Assembly (NCBI GenBank): GCA_019358915.1
Contig: JAHHIM010000036.1
Location: forward strand, 160,001-224,000
DNA length: 64,000 nt
Direction of reading: 5' to 3'
DNA from: Trichormus sp. ATA11-4-KO1
GTDB lineage: Bacteria > Cyanobacteriota > Cyanobacteriia > Cyanobacteriales > Nostocaceae
Of this stretch, positions 19,750-30,424 are shown in pieces. Positions within the stretch are counted from its first letter, which is position 1. Each line of letters begins with the position of its first letter. The notes beneath the pieces were generated by a model. That model made no database searches, had not been told where the DNA came from, and saw nothing but the letters and a program-made list of their open reading frames with translations. A program made the position numbers and the translations under genes.

Positions 19750-21147
19750 TTACTCTGGTAAATTACGCGGCGGTACAGTTCTCCCCTCGTAAAATTGCTT
19801 TTGCAGTTTACTCAGTCCTAACCATGCTGCCCCAAAAGCTAGAGGTGTTACTGTCTCAATGACAACTGCTACAGTAGATGTGGTATCAAAATATAAACTC
19901 AGAATTGGAATACTTACTAAAGCCAAGACTGCTAAAACTCCACACCAAAACCTCATCTGCTGAATTCTAGCCAGCGCATCTCTACAACTGGCACACTTGA
20001 CTGTATGTGAATGATACCTTTCTAGCAGATGTTCTTTAGGTCTTGGTGGTGGCAAACTCTGCCCTGGGAATGGTTCAGCATTGTACTGGTTTACCCACTG
20101 GTGCAATTCAAAAACAAAAGTGTCTGCTTTGGTAGGTAGGTAGAACGCCTTGGTAAAATTAGGACTGCCCCCCTTAGCTTCTAGATAACGTTCTTGATAG
20201 TGCAGAAAAATTTGGTCATCTTCTAAAACACCATTTTGTCCCATGTGGTAATACCAACGTGGTCTGAGCTTAATCAAGAAACCTGGTAGTTTAGTGGGAA
20301 ACTTAAAGGGAAAACGCGCAAATAAACGACACTCTCCCTTACGGATAGGTGTAGCATAAACAACAGTCAAGATTCTGCCACGCTGGGAGTTGATATCATG
20401 CCACATTAAAGCCGGGGCGACGAAGGTTGTGGATAGTTTTCCCGTTTGATTTGGTTTTAAACCTTGCTGCCAAATGCCTTGGAATCCCTGTTTTCCAGAT
20501 TCAATTACCTCTAGTCCTAAAGGTGCTACATTCTTTCTATTACCTACTGTTTTGTGATGTGTAAAGGATACATGGCTGGGGTCAAGGATATTTTCTAAAA
20601 GTGTTAGGGCATCGTAAGGTAAATCTCTAAATGTGTTGATTACTACCCATCCCTCAGGAGATTCTACTAACGGCTCAATCACAGGAACTTTGGTGTTTGC
20701 AGCATTTTCTGGTTTGCCGGCGAATACAAATAATAGTCCCTGGCGTGCCGTGGTGGGTAAAGATGTCGCGCTAGCTCGTTGAGAAGTCTCTGCTGTTCCG
20801 CCTGCAACTTGTTGGGGAATGTGTTGACAGTTACCATCTCCAGAGAAAGACCAACCGTGATAAGGACACTCTAACAGCCCATCGTCGTTAATCCTACCTT
20901 CGGAAAGCAGTGCTAAACGGTGAGGACATTGGTCTACAAAAGCTTTCCAAGACTGGGTTTGTCTGTCCCACCAAATCACAATATCTTTACCCAACAGCGT
21001 AAAAGGAGTTGGTTTCGATTTATCCAAGTCATCGAGGTAGTGGACAGGATACCATGCTTCTTGCCAATCAAAACAGTTGGGGTCACTACCACCGGGGCAG
21101 ATATCTTCTAAATAACTATCGCCTAAATTTGGCTCTATCTCTAGCAT
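19750..21147 (-). CDS. Rieske [2Fe-2S] / pheophorbide a oxygenase-like protein
   Basis: CPHR...CPYHGW Rieske motif, ENILDPSH...HH mononuclear Fe site, HT..CASC, C-terminal TM helices. Confidence 0.92.
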   Translation of the reverse strand: MLEIEPNLGDSYLEDICPGGSDPNCFDWQEAWYPVHYLDDLDKSKPTPFTLLGKDIVIWWDRQTQSWKAFVDQCPHRLALLSEGRINDDGLLECPYHGWSFSGDGNCQHIPQQVAGGTAETSQRASATSLPTTARQGLLFVFAGKPENAANTKVPVIEPLVESPEGWVVINTFRDLPYDALTLLENILDPSHVSFTHHKTVGNRKNVAPLGLEVIESGKQGFQGIWQQGLKPNQTGKLSTTFVAPALMWHDINSQRGRILTVVYATPIRKGECRLFARFPFKFPTKLPGFLIKLRPRWYYHMGQNGVLEDDQIFLHYQERYLEAKGGSPNFTKAFYLPTKADTFVFELHQWVNQYNAEPFPGQSLPPPRPKEHLLERYHSHTVKCASCRDALARIQQMRFWCGVLAVLALVSIPILSLYFDTTSTVAVVIETVTPLAFGAAWLGLSKLQKQFYEGRTVPPRNLPE

Positions 21148-21237
21148 TTTCTCAATTAAAAAATTTTAATCGCAAGTTATGTTTTTTGTTTTTGCTGCAA
21201 GTGAAGATGAAAATATTTCCTCAGCGTCAGCACTCAA

Positions 21238-21481
21238 TCAATGTCGCTCTTTCTTCTCAAAATATTGCTGATACTCTGCTGCTGCTAAATAATATTCACT
21301 AGCAGGTTTGATTTCTGTGACAATATTTTTATCAAATTTGCCGGACATTTGCAGTTTTGCTTTTGACTGCTGCGCTACTTCTGCCCATGTAGCCGACTGA
21401 AGTCGATTTTACCCCTTTTAGTTGGCGAAATGCTGCCTCGACACTCCAAAAACAGCCAGCACCAAATGTTGCCTTTTCCAT
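21238..21481 (-). pseudogene. msrA: Methionine sulfoxide reductase A pseudogene (internal deletion and frameshifts)
   Basis: N-terminus [33 protein letters not shown] is joined out of frame to C-terminal [36 protein letters not shown]. Confidence 0.88.
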
Positions 21482-21878
21482 AGCGGGTTGCAATTTAAGT
21501 TCTGTAAAAATCCTAACGTGCTGACTTCTCTCCTCGCTAGAGAACTAAATATTACCCACATTTTGATGACAGCTTGCTATATTAGCATAGCCTGGCATTT
21601 TTAGTAAAATATCTGCATAGCGATAGAGCTTAAAATCTACTTTACAAGTCACTCGAGCCGCTCAGTAACCACCACTAATTTTCCTTCTGACTCCAACAGC
21701 ACTTCCTTCTTTAAGTTGTGGAAAAATATTTATTAATATTAGCGATCGCGAAGCATGGCGATCCTCAATGAAGAAGATCCGTGACTTTTTTTTCAAGATT
21801 TTGATTTTACTAAAATATATTGAGATTTTTCTAAATTTTTGAGAACCACTACTGAAAGTCAACTTTGTTTGAGTCTAT

Positions 21879-24230
21879 ATGCCACAATATTTCGGTCAAC
21901 TACCAGTAACTCACCAACCTTGGACAAGCATGGGGATGGTGCAAGCTGTCAATAAGAGTGCAAGCACTATCAGTTTTGCTTGTGGTGATGCACTTCTTAC
22001 TATCAGCATACTTGCTGCTAATTTAATTCGTGTGCGGTTAGCACCAACGGGAGAATTTATGCCCCGTCGTGCTTGGGCGGTAGCATTGGATGATGCAGAA
22101 TGGACAACAGTACCTTTTGAGGTACGGGAAACTGAAGCAACGGTAGAAATAGAAACAGCACAGATTTGTGTTCGTGTCCAACGGCAAAAATGTCAAATTA
22201 CTTGCTTTGACAAAGCTAATCGTCCATTTGCTGAAGATGCAGACATGGGTATGAGTTGGCGGATGGGTGCAGTTGCTGGATGGAAAAAAATTGCTACCGA
22301 TGAACATTTCTATGGCTTTGGTGAACGTACAGGCTTTCTTGATAAACTCAATGAAGTCAAAACTAACTGGACAGTTGATGCTTTAGATTACAATGCTTTG
22401 ACTGATGAAATGTACCAAGCCATTCCGTTTTTTATGGCTTTGCGTCCTGATATGGGTTACGGTATCTTTTTGAATTCCACCTTCTGGAGTCAATTCGATG
22501 TCGGTGTAGAACAACCTGGTGTCTGGAAGATGGAAACTCGTGGACGTGAATTGGATTATTACATTATTTACGGACCTGAACCTGCTCAAATTCTGCGTAC
22601 ATACACTCAGTTAACTGGTAGGATGCCACTACCACCAAAATGGGCGTTGGGTTATCACCAATGTCGTTGGAGTTACGATTCAGAAACCGTTGTCCGGGAA
22701 CTGGCGCAAGAATTTCGTCAACGCCGTATTCCCTGTGATGTGATTCACCTCGATATTGATTATATGGACGGTTATCGTGTGTTTACCTGGAGTCCTAAGC
22801 GCTTCTCTAACCCGGAAAAATTGATTAGTGATTTGGCATTAGATGGTTTTAAAACAGTGACGATTATCGATCCGGGTGTAAAGTATGAACCAGAAGCAAA
22901 TTATCACGTCTTTGACCAAGGAATAGACCACGATTATTTTGTACGTAAAGCTGATGGTGGTTTGTTTCATGGCTATGTCTGGCCTGATAAAGCTGTGTTT
23001 CCTGACTTTTTGCGTGCTGATGTACGTACCTGGTGGGGTGATTTACACAAAAGTTTGACTGATATTGGTGTGGCAGGAATTTGGAATGATATGAATGAAC
23101 CTGCTATAGATGATCGTCCTTTTGGAGATGATGGTAAAAAAATTTGGTTTCCCTTGGATGCACCACAAGGGGAAAATGCGACTCATGGAGAGGTGCATAA
23201 TTTGTATGGTTTGATGATGGCTAAATCAGCTTACACAGGATTGGAACGGCATCGTCCCACAAAGCGATCGTTTGTGTTGACGCGATCAGGTTATGCTGGT
23301 GTGCAGCGTTGGTCTGCTGTGTGGATGGGAGATAACCATTCATTGTGGGAACATTTGGAAATGTCTTTGCCCATGCTTTGCAATATGGGGCTTTCTGGTG
23401 TAGCATTTGTAGGTTGTGATATTGGTGGATTTGCTGGTAACGCTACACCAGAATTATTTGCTCGTTGGATGCAAATAGGAATGCTGTATCCTTTAATGCG
23501 CGGTCATTCAGCTTTGTCTACTGCTCGTCATGAACCTTGGGTATTTGGCGATCGCGTGGAGAATATCTGCCGAGAATATATTAATCTGCGTTACCAATTA
23601 TTACCATACATTTACAATCTTTTTTGGCAAGCAGCCACAACAGGCGCACCGATTTTAAGACCATTACTATATCATTTTCCCCAAGACCCGCAAACCTACA
23701 CCCTTTATGATCAGGTATTACTAGGAGCATCGCTGATGGCAGCACCAATCTACCGCCCTGGGGTTGAGCATCGGTCTGTTTACTTGCCCGCAGGTATTTG
23801 GTATGACTGGTGGACTGGTGAGGAATACGCAGGTTCAAGCCACATTCTCACCCATGCACCATTAGAAAGAATGCCTCTTTACGTCCGTAGCGGTGCCATT
23901 ATCCCCATGCAACCTGTTACACAATATATTGATATTGATGAACAACCACTCGACCACATCCGGTTACGAGTTTGGCCTGGTAATGGTAAATACACTTTTT
24001 TTGAAGATGATGGGCAAACATTTGAATATAACAAGCAAAATTTTTCCCTGAGAAATATCAATGTCTTTACAGAAAATAACCAAACAATCGTGGAAATTAG
24101 CTCAAGAGAAGGAGCATGGACACCTGCATCGCGGGAAATAATTGTGGAGCTTGTTGGATTTGGGGAGCAGCGTTTCCCAGATGATGGACAGGAACATAGG
24201 CTGAAATTGGGAAATTATGCACCAAGATAG
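21879..24230 (+). CDS. Glycoside hydrolase family 31 (alpha-glucosidase)
   Basis: GYHQCRWSY, HLDIDYMD, WNDMNEP, WMGDN and DIGGF motifs. Confidence 0.96.
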   Translation: MPQYFGQLPVTHQPWTSMGMVQAVNKSASTISFACGDALLTISILAANLIRVRLAPTGEFMPRRAWAVALDDAEWTTVPFEVRETEATVEIETAQICVRVQRQKCQITCFDKANRPFAEDADMGMSWRMGAVAGWKKIATDEHFYGFGERTGFLDKLNEVKTNWTVDALDYNALTDEMYQAIPFFMALRPDMGYGIFLNSTFWSQFDVGVEQPGVWKMETRGRELDYYIIYGPEPAQILRTYTQLTGRMPLPPKWALGYHQCRWSYDSETVVRELAQEFRQRRIPCDVIHLDIDYMDGYRVFTWSPKRFSNPEKLISDLALDGFKTVTIIDPGVKYEPEANYHVFDQGIDHDYFVRKADGGLFHGYVWPDKAVFPDFLRADVRTWWGDLHKSLTDIGVAGIWNDMNEPAIDDRPFGDDGKKIWFPLDAPQGENATHGEVHNLYGLMMAKSAYTGLERHRPTKRSFVLTRSGYAGVQRWSAVWMGDNHSLWEHLEMSLPMLCNMGLSGVAFVGCDIGGFAGNATPELFARWMQIGMLYPLMRGHSALSTARHEPWVFGDRVENICREYINLRYQLLPYIYNLFWQAATTGAPILRPLLYHFPQDPQTYTLYDQVLLGASLMAAPIYRPGVEHRSVYLPAGIWYDWWTGEEYAGSSHILTHAPLERMPLYVRSGAIIPMQPVTQYIDIDEQPLDHIRLRVWPGNGKYTFFEDDGQTFEYNKQNFSLRNINVFTENNQTIVEISSREGAWTPASREIIVELVGFGEQRFPDDGQEHRLKLGNYAPR

Positions 24231-24388
24231 ATTGTTTTCTCGCGATTATTTCTTAATCTAAACTCTGCAACAAGAAAATATGTATATAGGTAGAGAAAAA
24301 AACTAGCTAATAGCGAGTAGCCTAAAATACAAATAATCTAAATTTTAGCCCGGAAGAAATACTCAACATGACTACGCTAGACAGTTAG

Positions 24389-27300
24389 GTGGCAAAAACC
24401 TCAATGTTAAACGTCAACCGCTTGCGACTGCAAAACTTACAGAGATTACGAGTGGCGCAAGTTGCCAGTGCGTTCGCAAAGCGCTCCGCAGGAATCGCGA
24501 TCTTGGTCGGTGTTTTGGTATTATTTGGCTGGTATTTCGACATCAAACTTCTCAAGCAGTTTGGCTATGCCAGTCCGGTAACAATGAAACCCAATGAAGC
24601 CCTGTGTTTTGTACTGGCTGGGATATCGCTGTGGTTGTCGCAAATAGGACAAAGTAAAACTAAACCAGATCAAAAGCCTACTCCTCGGCATCGCCTGGCT
24701 TACTTACGCTGCTCGAGAATTTGTGCAGTAGCTGTTACCTTGATTGGTTTGCTCACACTCAGTCAATATTTCTTCGGCTGGAATTTGGGAATTGATGAGT
24801 TGCTGTTTCAGGATTCAGCAAATGCTTTATTTACATCCCATCCAGGGCGAATGGGATTCAATGCGGCATTGAACTTGATGTTAGTGGGTAGAGCCTTAGA
24901 ACTGTTGGCTTATCCGAGAACTAGCCGGAGTTATTGGTATGCCCAGATTCTCGCCCTGATAGCCGCTTTGATTTCCTTACAGGTGCTCATCGGCTATGCC
25001 TACAAAGTACAACTTTTTTCCCGCGTGGCCTCCTATACCACATTGATGGCATTACCTACAGGGCTGACGTTTACCGTGGTTTGTGTGGGCATTCTGTGGG
25101 CGCGTCCAGACCAAGGATTTATGCAAGTAGTCATCAGTGAGACTTACGGCGGCTTAATTGCCCGTCGTTTATTGCTGGCCGCGATCGCCATACCATTAGT
25201 TTTGGGATGGTTCATCTTGCAAGGTCAAATAGCAGGACAATACGGCTCGGCTTTTGCGATATCATTGTTTGCCATCATTTTAATTGTAATTTTTGCCATT
25301 TTTATTTGGCACAGCTCGGCAGTAATTGAACGCCTCTGTCGTCAACATGATGACGCTCAAAACAAACTGAGAGCTTATGAAGAAAAACTCAGGAGTTTTG
25401 TAGATGCCAACGTCATTGGCATTAAGTTTGGCGACGTGTACGGCGGTATCCACGAGGCTAACGATGCATTTCTGCGGATGATTGGTTACACACGAGAGGA
25501 TCTACTAGCAGGTAGATTAAGTTGGAGTGATATCACACCGCCAGAGTATTTATACTTGGATGAGCAAGGAATCGCCGAAGCTAAGGCAACTACCAACGGT
25601 GCTTGTACGCCTTACGAGAAAGAATATATTCACAAAGATGGCAGGCGGATTCCGGTTTTAGTTGGTTATGTGCTGCTAGGAGAAAAACGAGAAGAATCAG
25701 TAGCATTTATTCTCGACTTGAGCGAACGCAAGCAAGCCAGAGAACAGATATTACAACTTAACAAAAATCTTCAGCGCCGCGTTGCCGAATTACAAACTTT
25801 GTTTCAGGTGATTCCTATTGGCATTGGCATTGCCGAAGATCCGCAGTGTCAAAGTATCAAAGTCAACCCCAGTTTTGCCCAGCAATTGGGGATATCACCA
25901 AATGATAATGCTTCCCTTAGCGCTCCTAGTCACGAAAGACCCACAAACTTTAAAGTTTATCGCGATGGTAAGGAACTGTTGCCAGAAGAACTCCCCATGC
26001 AGTACTCAGCATCTCATGGTGTTGAAGTTCTAGATTTTGAAGTCGATATCATTCATGAAAATGGCAAACTTGTGAAGTTGCTGGAGTTTGTCGCCCCATT
26101 GTTTGATGAAGAAGGTAACAGCAGAGGCAGTGTTGGTGCATTTTTAGATATTACCGAGCGTAAGCAGATCGAGGAAGCAATCCATAATCAGCAAAAATGG
26201 TTGGAAGATTTGCTCAACATGATGCCGTTGCCATTACTGTTTATTGAACCAGAAACGGCGCGGGTGACATTTGCTAATCGAGCTGCTGATGAATTAGCTG
26301 GGGGTGAATTTCCTAAAGGTGTACCAGCAGCCGAGTATCACACAGCATACTACTGCACAAATGCGGCAGGCGATCGCATCCCTAACGAGCAAATACCTGG
26401 AGTGCGGGTTGCTCGTGGAGAACGTTTGGATGGATTGGAGATAGACTGGCACACAAGTGAGTGTGTGCGCTCCTTACATATATTTGCCGATACTCTACCA
26501 GCAATGCATGGTCATCCAGCTACCTGTGTATTGGCGTTCCAAGATATCAGTAAACTTAAGGAAATAGAAAAAGCGCTGTCATTGGGTAACAGAAGGCTTC
26601 AGCTACTCTTTAATACCGCCAACGATTTACTATCTAGCCAGCAGCCAGTGACATTAATTGACAGTTGCTTCCGTAAACTTGCTGAGCAGATTGGTTTAGA
26701 TGTTTACTTGAACTATTTAGTGGAAGAAAACTCTCAGATCATGCGGCTAGCATCCTTCACAGGCTTTTCAGAAGAGACAGCCAAAGAAGTAGAGTGGCTA
26801 GAGTTTGGTCAATCAGTGTGTGGTAGTGTAGCCCAGGTGCGCCATCCCATATCTTTAGAAAATGTCCAGCAATCAACTGACCCTAAAACAAAATTCATTC
26901 GGAATTTAGGAATTACAGCTTATTATAGTTATCCATTGATAGCTCAGGAACAGCTTTTGGGTACTCTTTCCTTTGGCAGCCGCAGTCGCTCTCGCTTCAG
27001 TGAAAATCAAAAAGGCATGATGCAAGCCGTATGTGACCAAATAGCGATCGCCATGGAACGAGCTAGTTTAATTGCTTCTTTACAGCAGCAAACTGAGCAA
27101 CTGCGAGAAGCAAACCGCATGAAAGATGAATTTCTCGCTATATTATCTCATGAATTGCGATCGCCCCTGAATGCTATCCTCGGCTGGGCGCAATTGCTAC
27201 GCGCCCGCAAACTCAGCGAAACTCAAACGGCTAAAGCGATGGAGACAATCGAGCGCAATGCCAGGGCACAAACTCAGCTGATCGAAGACCTGCTGGATAT

Positions 27301-28318
27301 TTCACGGATGATTCGCGGTAAATTACATCTCAATGTCCGTACTTGCGATTTAATTCCCCTGATTGAGTCAGCCATCGAGACCGTCAAATTAGCCGCCCAA
27401 GCCAAAGAAATTAATTTAAGCTTTTCCCTGACTCCCGCACTCGCATCGCAGCGAGATCATTCTCAATTCTTAGTTTCCGGTGATGTCGAGCGTGTACAGC
27501 AGATAATCTGGAATTTACTATCTAACGCCATCAAATTCACACCCAGAGGCGGGAGGGTAGAAATTCAACTTTCCCAAAGCATCGGTAACGAACAAGGGTT
27601 ACCAGGGAAGAGAAATCAACTAACTAGCTATGCTCAAATCCAAGTGAGTGATACAGGTATTGGTATCAGCCCTGAGTTTCTTCCTTACGTTTTTGACCGC
27701 TTTCGTCAAGCCGATAGTTCTAGTACTAGGTCTTATGGCGGATTAGGATTAGGTTTAGCAATTGTGCGTCATTTAGTAGAATTACATGGCGGTACTATCC
27801 ATGTAGACAGTCGGGGTCAAGAGCAAGGCGCAACTTTTACAGTCAAATTACCGCTTTTATTACAAAGCAAACAAGCCATTTCCGACTCAATCAGCAAGCC
27901 AGAAGATGATGCCCGTCTTTCCCTAACTCCCTGCCTTGTTGGCGTGCGGGTGCTAGTTGTAGACGATGAAATTGATACTCGTGACTTTGTTACCACCGTA
28001 CTCCAGCAGTGCCAAGCCGAAGTTCAGGCAGTGGGATCAGTTCCAGAAGCCTTGCAGATAATTTTACAGTGGCAACCAGATGTGTTAGTCAGCGACATCG
28101 GCATGCCGGAAGAAGATGGTTACTCATTAATCCGCAAAGTGCGATCGCAACCACCAGAACAAGGCGGTAAAATTCCCGCAGCCGCACTAACAGCCTATGC
28201 AAGAGCTGAGGATCGGACACGAGCTATACAAGAAGGTTATCAGCTACATTTGCCTAAACCGATTGAGCCAACTGAGTTAGCTACAGTTGTTGCTAGCCTT
28301 GTAGGACGCACTTCATAG
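24389..28318 (+). CDS. Membrane hybrid sensor histidine kinase (multi-TM, PAS x3, GAF, HisKA, HATPase, receiver)
   Basis: LSHELRSPL, NLLSNAIKFT, GGLGLGL and VSDIGMP motifs; hydrophobic N-terminus. Confidence 0.93.
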   Translation: MAKTSMLNVNRLRLQNLQRLRVAQVASAFAKRSAGIAILVGVLVLFGWYFDIKLLKQFGYASPVTMKPNEALCFVLAGISLWLSQIGQSKTKPDQKPTPRHRLAYLRCSRICAVAVTLIGLLTLSQYFFGWNLGIDELLFQDSANALFTSHPGRMGFNAALNLMLVGRALELLAYPRTSRSYWYAQILALIAALISLQVLIGYAYKVQLFSRVASYTTLMALPTGLTFTVVCVGILWARPDQGFMQVVISETYGGLIARRLLLAAIAIPLVLGWFILQGQIAGQYGSAFAISLFAIILIVIFAIFIWHSSAVIERLCRQHDDAQNKLRAYEEKLRSFVDANVIGIKFGDVYGGIHEANDAFLRMIGYTREDLLAGRLSWSDITPPEYLYLDEQGIAEAKATTNGACTPYEKEYIHKDGRRIPVLVGYVLLGEKREESVAFILDLSERKQAREQILQLNKNLQRRVAELQTLFQVIPIGIGIAEDPQCQSIKVNPSFAQQLGISPNDNASLSAPSHERPTNFKVYRDGKELLPEELPMQYSASHGVEVLDFEVDIIHENGKLVKLLEFVAPLFDEEGNSRGSVGAFLDITERKQIEEAIHNQQKWLEDLLNMMPLPLLFIEPETARVTFANRAADELAGGEFPKGVPAAEYHTAYYCTNAAGDRIPNEQIPGVRVARGERLDGLEIDWHTSECVRSLHIFADTLPAMHGHPATCVLAFQDISKLKEIEKALSLGNRRLQLLFNTANDLLSSQQPVTLIDSCFRKLAEQIGLDVYLNYLVEENSQIMRLASFTGFSEETAKEVEWLEFGQSVCGSVAQVRHPISLENVQQSTDPKTKFIRNLGITAYYSYPLIAQEQLLGTLSFGSRSRSRFSENQKGMMQAVCDQIAIAMERASLIASLQQQTEQLREANRMKDEFLAILSHELRSPLNAILGWAQLLRARKLSETQTAKAMETIERNARAQTQLIEDLLDISRMIRGKLHLNVRTCDLIPLIESAIETVKLAAQAKEINLSFSLTPALASQRDHSQFLVSGDVERVQQIIWNLLSNAIKFTPRGGRVEIQLSQSIGNEQGLPGKRNQLTSYAQIQVSDTGIGISPEFLPYVFDRFRQADSSSTRSYGGLGLGLAIVRHLVELHGGTIHVDSRGQEQGATFTVKLPLLLQSKQAISDSISKPEDDARLSLTPCLVGVRVLVVDDEIDTRDFVTTVLQQCQAEVQAVGSVPEALQIILQWQPDVLVSDIGMPEEDGYSLIRKVRSQPPEQGGKIPAAALTAYARAEDRTRAIQEGYQLHLPKPIEPTELATVVASLVGRTS
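24473..24493. mobile_element. 21-bp SDR5-like micro-insertion inside a HIP1 site in the kinase gene
   Basis: GCG[TTCGCAAAGCGCTCCGCAGGA]ATCGC; adds FAKRSAG within ASA|IAIL. Confidence 0.8.
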
Positions 28319-28328
28319 GGTTGGATGA

Positions 28329-28726
28329 AGAGTGCTGAGTTAAAAGTGCTGAGTGCTGAGTTAAAAGACCGCCCACACTTCGACAGGCTCAGTGACCACA
28401 AGGGGCGGGGCATTTACCGAGTGCGAAAGTGCCGAGTATTCTTTTTATTACTCAGCACTCCCCTTCGGCTTCGCTCAGGGCAAGCGCACTCAGCACTCAG
28501 CACTGAGTCCAGTAAACTAATTATCAAATCCGGACACAAAAAGATTTTTCCACCTGTCCCCTCTCCCCTGTACTCTGTTTCCTGTTATACATACAGTTGT
28601 CGTAATGCCATTAACAGTGTCATAAAGAGAAGGTAAAAGAATAGCCTTAGTCACATAGATGAGGAAAGTATTGATTGCTCAAAGCTGGGTTGATACTCAG
28701 CACTCAGCACTCAGCACTTAGCACTT
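28329..28726. repeat. STRR (GTGCTGA/TCAGCAC)n arrays with embedded short hairpin repeats
   Basis: Tandem heptamers in both orientations; CTTCGACAGGCTCAGTG and CCCCTTCGGCTTCGCTCAGGGG inserts. Confidence 0.75.
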
Positions 28727-28762
28727 TGCGTTCCCAGCTTCTAGGATAAACAAATCACACTC

Positions 28763-30394
28763 ATGACTGAAATCACATTACGCCTACAACAGGGAGATAC
28801 GGAAACAACAGTGTCAGTGAATCAAGATGAATTCACAATTGGACGTTTGCCGGAATGTAACTTGTATTTGCCTTTTGGGGGAATTTCTCGTCAACATGCC
28901 AGGCTAGTAAAATCAACCGATGGTGTGTGGAAGATTGAAGATTTAGGCAGTAAAAACGGGACGCAAGTAAACCAAAATTTGATTAGCCATGCGCAAGAGT
29001 TGCATCACGGCGATACGATTTGGCTGGGAAATGTCAACTTGGTAGTGCTATTTGCTAATCATGCTATGCAGTGTGTGCCCAATCATACTGTAGCTGCGGC
29101 TGCTGCCGAACCTAGAACGATTTTTCGCAACGTCAAGCAACTGCAACAGCAATGGATAGAAGCTGATAGCAAGGATGGAGAACCCAGCAATAAAGACAAA
29201 ACCATTGCCCGCCTCAAAGACTTGGTAGACATAGCCAAAAATCTCTGTGCAGCCGCATCCATAGAAGAAATTTTTTCCCAAGTGCAACAAGTTGTCTTTC
29301 GTTATCTTGATAGCATTGACCGCTTGGCATTATTAATTGATGTGAATGGGTGCGGTAATCTAGAGTTAGTGAATGCTGGCACTAGAGATATTTCTCAGCA
29401 AAAATATTTGGCAGGTGATGGCAATTGGATTAGTCGGAGTATCTGCCAGAAGGTATTTGAGGAAAAAGTTGCTGTGCAAACTGCTGATACTCATAAGGAC
29501 GAAAGGTTCTCTGGAGAACACAGTATTTTGGTTAAAGGCATCCGTAGCGCTATGGCTGTACCTTTGTGGGATGAAAATAAAGTAGTCGGCGTGCTTTATG
29601 CCGATGCTCATCTTTCTTCTTACCATTGGGCAAATGAAGGCGAAGCAGAACTGAGCTTTTTTTCGGCTTTAGCAAATCTTGTGGCTTCTAGTGTGCAACG
29701 TTGGCTATTGGCAGAGAAATTAAAAACTGAAGAAGTGATTCGTCATCGATTAGAGCGTTATCATTCTCCAGCTGTTGTGCAGCAGTTAATAGCTGTAGGC
29801 GGGTTACCAGACGGTCGTTTAGCTCCCGCAGAAAGCGAAATTAGTATTTTGTTTGCAGATTTAGTTGGCTTTACAGCAATTTCGGAAAGATTAACACCAA
29901 CCGCGATCGCTCAATTGTTGAATAATTTATTTGAAGAGATGTTGCAAGAAGTGTTTACCTACGGCGGTACTTTGGATAAGTACATTGGCGATTGTATCAT
30001 GGCATTTTTTGGCGCACCGGAATCACAACCAGATCATGCCGATCGCGCCACTGCTGCGGCTAAAGGAATGCTGGCTCGTCTAGAACGTATTAATGCCAAT
30101 GGTTTTTGGCAGGAACCACTACAATTACGTATTGCTATTAACAGTGGTAAGGCTGTCGTGGGTGATGTTGGTAGTTCCCAACGGGTAGACTATACGGCAT
30201 TAGGCGCAACGATTAATCTGGCAGCTCGCATGGAAGCAGTTTGTCCCCCCAGTGAATGCGTCATCAGTGAAGCCACCCATCTGATGCTTTCACAATCCTC
30301 GGACTTTCAAGAAATGGGGCATTATCGTTTTAAAGGTATTGATCGATTAGTGAAGGTGTATCAGACAAAATCAGTCAAGAGTGCTGAGTGCTGA
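28763..30394 (+). CDS. cyaD: Class III adenylate/guanylate cyclase with FHA and GAF domains
   Basis: FHA (IGR, SRQHA, DLGSKNGT); cyclase motifs LFADLVGFT, DKYIGDCIMA and NLAARME. Confidence 0.85.
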   Translation: MTEITLRLQQGDTETTVSVNQDEFTIGRLPECNLYLPFGGISRQHARLVKSTDGVWKIEDLGSKNGTQVNQNLISHAQELHHGDTIWLGNVNLVVLFANHAMQCVPNHTVAAAAAEPRTIFRNVKQLQQQWIEADSKDGEPSNKDKTIARLKDLVDIAKNLCAAASIEEIFSQVQQVVFRYLDSIDRLALLIDVNGCGNLELVNAGTRDISQQKYLAGDGNWISRSICQKVFEEKVAVQTADTHKDERFSGEHSILVKGIRSAMAVPLWDENKVVGVLYADAHLSSYHWANEGEAELSFFSALANLVASSVQRWLLAEKLKTEEVIRHRLERYHSPAVVQQLIAVGGLPDGRLAPAESEISILFADLVGFTAISERLTPTAIAQLLNNLFEEMLQEVFTYGGTLDKYIGDCIMAFFGAPESQPDHADRATAAAKGMLARLERINANGFWQEPLQLRIAINSGKAVVGDVGSSQRVDYTALGATINLAARMEAVCPPSECVISEATHLMLSQSSDFQEMGHYRFKGIDRLVKVYQTKSVKSAEC

Positions 30395-30424
30395 ATTAAA
30401 AGATTGCCTATCTGGAATTGTTAC

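Noticed and set aside
28325..28636. 103-aa ORF MKSAELKVLSAE
   Set aside because: It is built from heptamer and hairpin repeats and is probably spurious.
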